From positions 62,001 through 98,648 of the forward strand of contig JBEUKZ010000053.1 of NCBI GenBank assembly GCA_048128005.1: 36,648 nt of DNA. The letters are read 5' to 3'. Of the stretch, positions 33,441-36,648 are shown one piece after another (the stretch's first letter is position 1; each line of letters starts with the position of its first letter). Made by a program: the position numbers and the translations under genes. Source of the stretch: Veleropilina oligotropha (lineage: Eukaryota). The notes below the pieces were generated by a model. It ran no database searches. It was not told where the DNA came from and was given only the letters and a program-made list of their open reading frames with translations.

Positions 33441-34089
33441 GCGTTTAAATTATAAACAGACAGAATTCATTCACGAATCCGAGGTTGAGAAATTCTTTCA
33501 GATATTGTCAGATCCAAGCAAAGAAGTTCAAAATTTTCACATTATCGAGCCCGACTTTATACAATTAGAATACATTCATCGGAAAACGAGTGTGCCATAC
33601 AATGACAAGGCTAATATTTACATCGCCTCATTCACCACATGCTGGGCTCGTCTCAAACTGTACGAGATGTTAGACCAATTAAAACGGAGGGTGCTCTATT
33701 ATGACACCGATTCTGTTATATTCGTGACTGGACCAGGTCGGGTCGATATGCCCTTGGGGGGTTATTTAGGACAACTGACCAACGAACTCGACAATGATGA
33801 TTACATCATAGAATTTATCTCTGGAGGCCTAAAACTATGCCTATCATACGAACGCGGGCAAGGAGACTTGTAAAGTTCGAGGTTTTACTCTAAATTACAG
33901 TAATAGTAAGCTGGTCAATTTTGAGGCCATCAAAGAGATGTCACAAATGCTCACGGTTCGATCACGTTGACCAATCCGAGCAAAATTTGCCGCAACAAGT
34001 TGAAACGCAAGCTTTATAACCGTGTAGAGAAAAAGAAATATCGAATTGTGTACACAAAACGAAGACTTTTGCCAAACTTTGACACTTTA
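33437..34089 (+). pseudogene. Protein-primed DNA polymerase B (Polinton), C-terminal fragment 1
   Basis: Motifs QRLNYKQT, NIYIASFTTCWARLKLY, YYDTDS, GQLTNEL, CKVRGFTLNY, YRIVYTKR. Frameshifted. Confidence 0.9.
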
Positions 34090-34374
34090 GCAAGAAGAGC
34101 TGTTTTGTCACGTGACCGACGGCAACTTCAAAGGGTACGATAATCGTTGGTAGTATGTCAGCTCAGCATGGCATGGCCTGATAACAATGAACATTAAACT
34201 TGACAAATTGAATTGAAATTAAATGGCATTAATAGTGGTATCTGCCAATAATTGTGCGTACAATTTATATTTATTATATCTTGCATTAATGGTGAACTGT
34301 ATTCAGTGAATTTAAATAAAATAATTGTAAAGATATTTTTTTTTACTATTATAAGCCAATGAACGTAAACTTCA
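34090..34374 (+). repeat. ~285-bp direct repeat, copy 1
   Basis: Near-identical to 35216-35496 (GCAAGAAGAG...GAACGTAAACTTCA). Confidence 0.92.
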
Positions 34375-35215
34375 AACTTAACAACGAGTGTAAGGTATCA
34401 TCTGCCAAAGAACTGTACTGAGATGCACATTTCTTTATTTTTTTTTGCTACGACAACGAATATTCGACATTTATGCCACTTTATCCTCTAGCGGAACATT
34501 AATTTTATGTATGTATCGCCAAAGTTATCCACACACCTATACATAATTCATATCTTTATTTGTGATAATACGTTTCCATTAGTGTTTTCAGAGAAGAGTA
34601 TTAATTTAGATTACGGATTTGTATGAATTTGCAAATGTGGTGTCGTAAATTCACTCAATATAATAAGTTAATATTGCCATATGCAGAGTTAGCCATTGCA
34701 TAAAGTCATTGCATATTTGTTGATATGTATGTACATTGTGTTTGCTTAGGCCTATTATCAAGATACTTTTATTCATTGAATTATTTAACATTTATTTCGT
34801 ATGTTCGTTTTGTGCAATTGAAGCCTTGTTGGATTAGTTAAACACTAAGCACTGTAGTAATTGAAGCAGAACCAAGGCCTACCAGTAGCAGCTGATCGAA
34901 AAACGCATGATTGCTTTCACCTTGAATCGATTCGATTTTCGATTAGATACTACTAAACCATATTATTATAGACTGTGCAAATTCTGGTTTTATTTCTTTC
35001 GGTTTTACATATGTGTAAATGTTCCCTGATGTGTTTTTGATGCGTGAATATATATTATATATATATATATATATCATAAGTAAGGTAATATATTTGCATA
35101 TTCACATTTATAAAGTTTGACTATGAACATATGGATTAGCAATTGTTGAAATTATCCCTGGAGTCCGACGGCTGGAGGCCCCCCTCGAAGGTGTTCGCGC
35201 TATCGGTGAAGATCG

Positions 35216-35496
35216 GCAAGAAGAGTTGTTTTGTCACGTGACCGTCGGCAACTTCAAAGGGTACGATAATCGTTGGTAGTATGTCAGCTCAGCATGGCAT
35301 GGCCTGATAACAATGAACATTAAACTTGACAAATTGAATTGAAATTAAATGGCATTAATAGTGGTATCTGCCAATAATTGTGCGTACATTTATATTGATA
35401 CCACTGCATTAATGGTGAACTGTATTCAGTGAATTTAAATAAAATAATTGTAAAGATATTTTTTTTACTATTATAAGCCAATGAACGTAAACTTCA
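35216..35496 (+). repeat. ~285-bp direct repeat, copy 2
   Basis: Near-identical to 34090-34374. Confidence 0.92.
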
Positions 35497-35659
35497 CTAT
35501 TGGATTCAGATGAATGTCTGAAATGTGATAATATTGTGTCAATTTCGACCTGATGTGAGTGATTTTCTGCCTCTTTACATGCTATAGGGCACACATTCTC
35601 TCCAGCAGTCTAACATTTAGCAAGTCAGTTGTCAAAATGACCATTTCTGACATTATGAA

Positions 35660-36113
35660 TGTCCTTAATTCCTTTATGGGTAAATTCGGACAGAGACCGA
35701 ACTACAAACAGACCGATATTATACACGAGAGCGAGGTTGAGAAATTCTTTCAAATAATGTCGGATTCCAGTAAAAAAATTCAAGATTTTCATATTATCGC
35801 CCCCTGATATGATTCAGTTGGAATACATTCGATCAGACACTGACATCCCCGACAATGACAGATCAAATGTTTATATAGCAACTTTCACTACGTGTTGGGC
35901 GAGATTAAAAAACTGTATGACGTATTAGAACAACTGGGTCAGAGAGTATTGTATTACGATACCGATTCAGTGATTTATGTGGCAGGACCTGGACGAATCG
36001 ACATGCCATTGGGAGACTATTTAGGTGAATTGACCAACCGCACTAATACTGACAAAGAAACCTGCAAAGTTCGTGGTTTCACATTAAATTACACCAATTC
36101 AAAACTGGTCAAT
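35660..36113 (+). pseudogene. Protein-primed DNA polymerase B (Polinton), C-terminal fragment 2 (divergent from fragment 1)
   Basis: Motifs LNS..GKFGQRPNYKQT, NVYIATFTTCWARL, YYDTDS, GELTN[deletion]..CKVRGFTLNYTNSKLVN. Confidence 0.88.
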
Positions 36114-36244
36114 ATTTCTCTCTGACATAAAAATATACTACAATATTTCTCTCTGACATAAAATTATACTACAATATTTCTCTCTGACATGAAAATAAGT
36201 CACAATATTTCTCTCTGGCATAAAAATAAGTCACAATATTTCTC
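36110..36244. repeat. 31-bp minisatellite (about 4.3 copies)
   Basis: CAATATTTCTC anchors at 36110, 36141, 36172, 36203 and 36234. Confidence 0.9.
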
Positions 36245-36319
36245 AAAGACAAAGAAAATAATCGTATTGAAATAGCATTGAATTATGAATATACGACATA
36301 AAAAATACCGAACTAAAAA

Positions 36320-36529
36320 ATATTCTTCAAGATTTATTCGTTGGACAAAAATAATGTACATAAAAAAACTCTCTCGAGAGATAAATTAGACATTATTTAT
36401 CTAGACTCGAATAATTTAAACATAATTTTATCAAATGCATAAAATATGTACATTATTATCTCACAAATCTACAAATGACATTTAATAACCATAGGGTAAG
36501 GTGTTCAAATCGTTTAAGATAGCCCTTTT
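36320..36529 (-). repeat. Inverted repeat copy 2, including a minus-strand pPolB tail (36482-36529)
   Basis: Reverse complement of 31831-32035. Minus-strand translation KRAILNDLNTLPYGY*. Confidence 0.9.
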
Positions 36530-36595
36530 CCACGAGGGTGAGGGAGTATACCACCCCGAGGGGTAGGGGGAAATGCCCCAAAACCTGGGGTAGGA

Positions 36596-36648
36596 ACATG
36601 TCCAGTGTCAGAGAAGCTGACACTGGAGCCAGTGAAGCTGGCTCATGT
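36596..36648. other. Two adjacent perfect hairpins with a possible closing stem (T/Y-shaped structure)
   Basis: CCAGTGTCAG-AGAAG-CTGACACTGG (36602-36626) and AGCCAG-TGAAG-CTGGCT (36627-36643), flanked by complementary ACATG (36596-36600) and CATGT (36644-36648). Confidence 0.6.

Larger units (their letters stand above)
28436..36648 (+). mobile_element. Rearranged non-autonomous Polinton/Maverick derivative (right end not seen)
   Basis: Begins AGTAGT exactly where RT homology stops. Downstream are integrase and pPolB fragments. That the whole span is one element is inferred. Confidence 0.65.

Noticed and set aside
34090..35496. LTR retrotransposon or TRIM bounded by the 285-bp repeats
   Set aside because: No TG..CA termini, PBS, PPT or TSD are visible.
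33437..36113. Functional viral or phage DNA polymerase
   Set aside because: Only frameshifted C-terminal fragments are present; the exonuclease and N-terminal regions are missing.
58..36125. Most short ORFs in the supplied track
   Set aside because: They are antisense or alternate-frame shadows of TE genes, SINE-spanning frames or AT-rich chance ORFs, many with non-ATG starts.
36110..36244. CRISPR-like array
   Set aside because: Head-to-tail 31-bp units without unique spacers, in a eukaryotic context with no cas genes.

Overview
This is AT-rich eukaryotic DNA that looks like marine-invertebrate sequence; the species cannot be determined. I can support no host gene, rRNA, true tRNA or CRISPR array. 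The window is almost entirely nested transposable elements. In order: (1) the probable right end of an IS3EU-like element (1-154); (2) a decayed TTAA-flanked Kolobok (352-5047) with remnants of a KolX/P2X7-ballast-like gene; (3) a Kolobok-type MITE (5592-6042); (4) a full-length CR1/L2-group LINE (about 6394-11896, minus; intact EN-RT ORF2, ORF1 with one in-frame stop) inserted inside the head of a tRNA-derived SINE; (5) a complete AcademX DNA transposon (14342-21704; TAG...CTA ends, AGA TSD) inserted into an older opposite-strand Academ, with more Academ-like ends at 23.1-24.2 kb; (6) a DIRS/Ngaro-like retrotransposon whose gag is split by a MITE and whose RT is cut at 28436 by (7) a rearranged Polinton/Maverick derivative with an integrase fragment and four pPolB 3' fragments. 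The window ends in a possible T-shaped DNA hairpin. All family calls come from visual motif recognition and recalled family features; no searches were run. I found no clearly new biological system. The best leads are the Kolobok ballast-like remnant, the Academ cluster and the Polinton chimera with its terminal hairpin.
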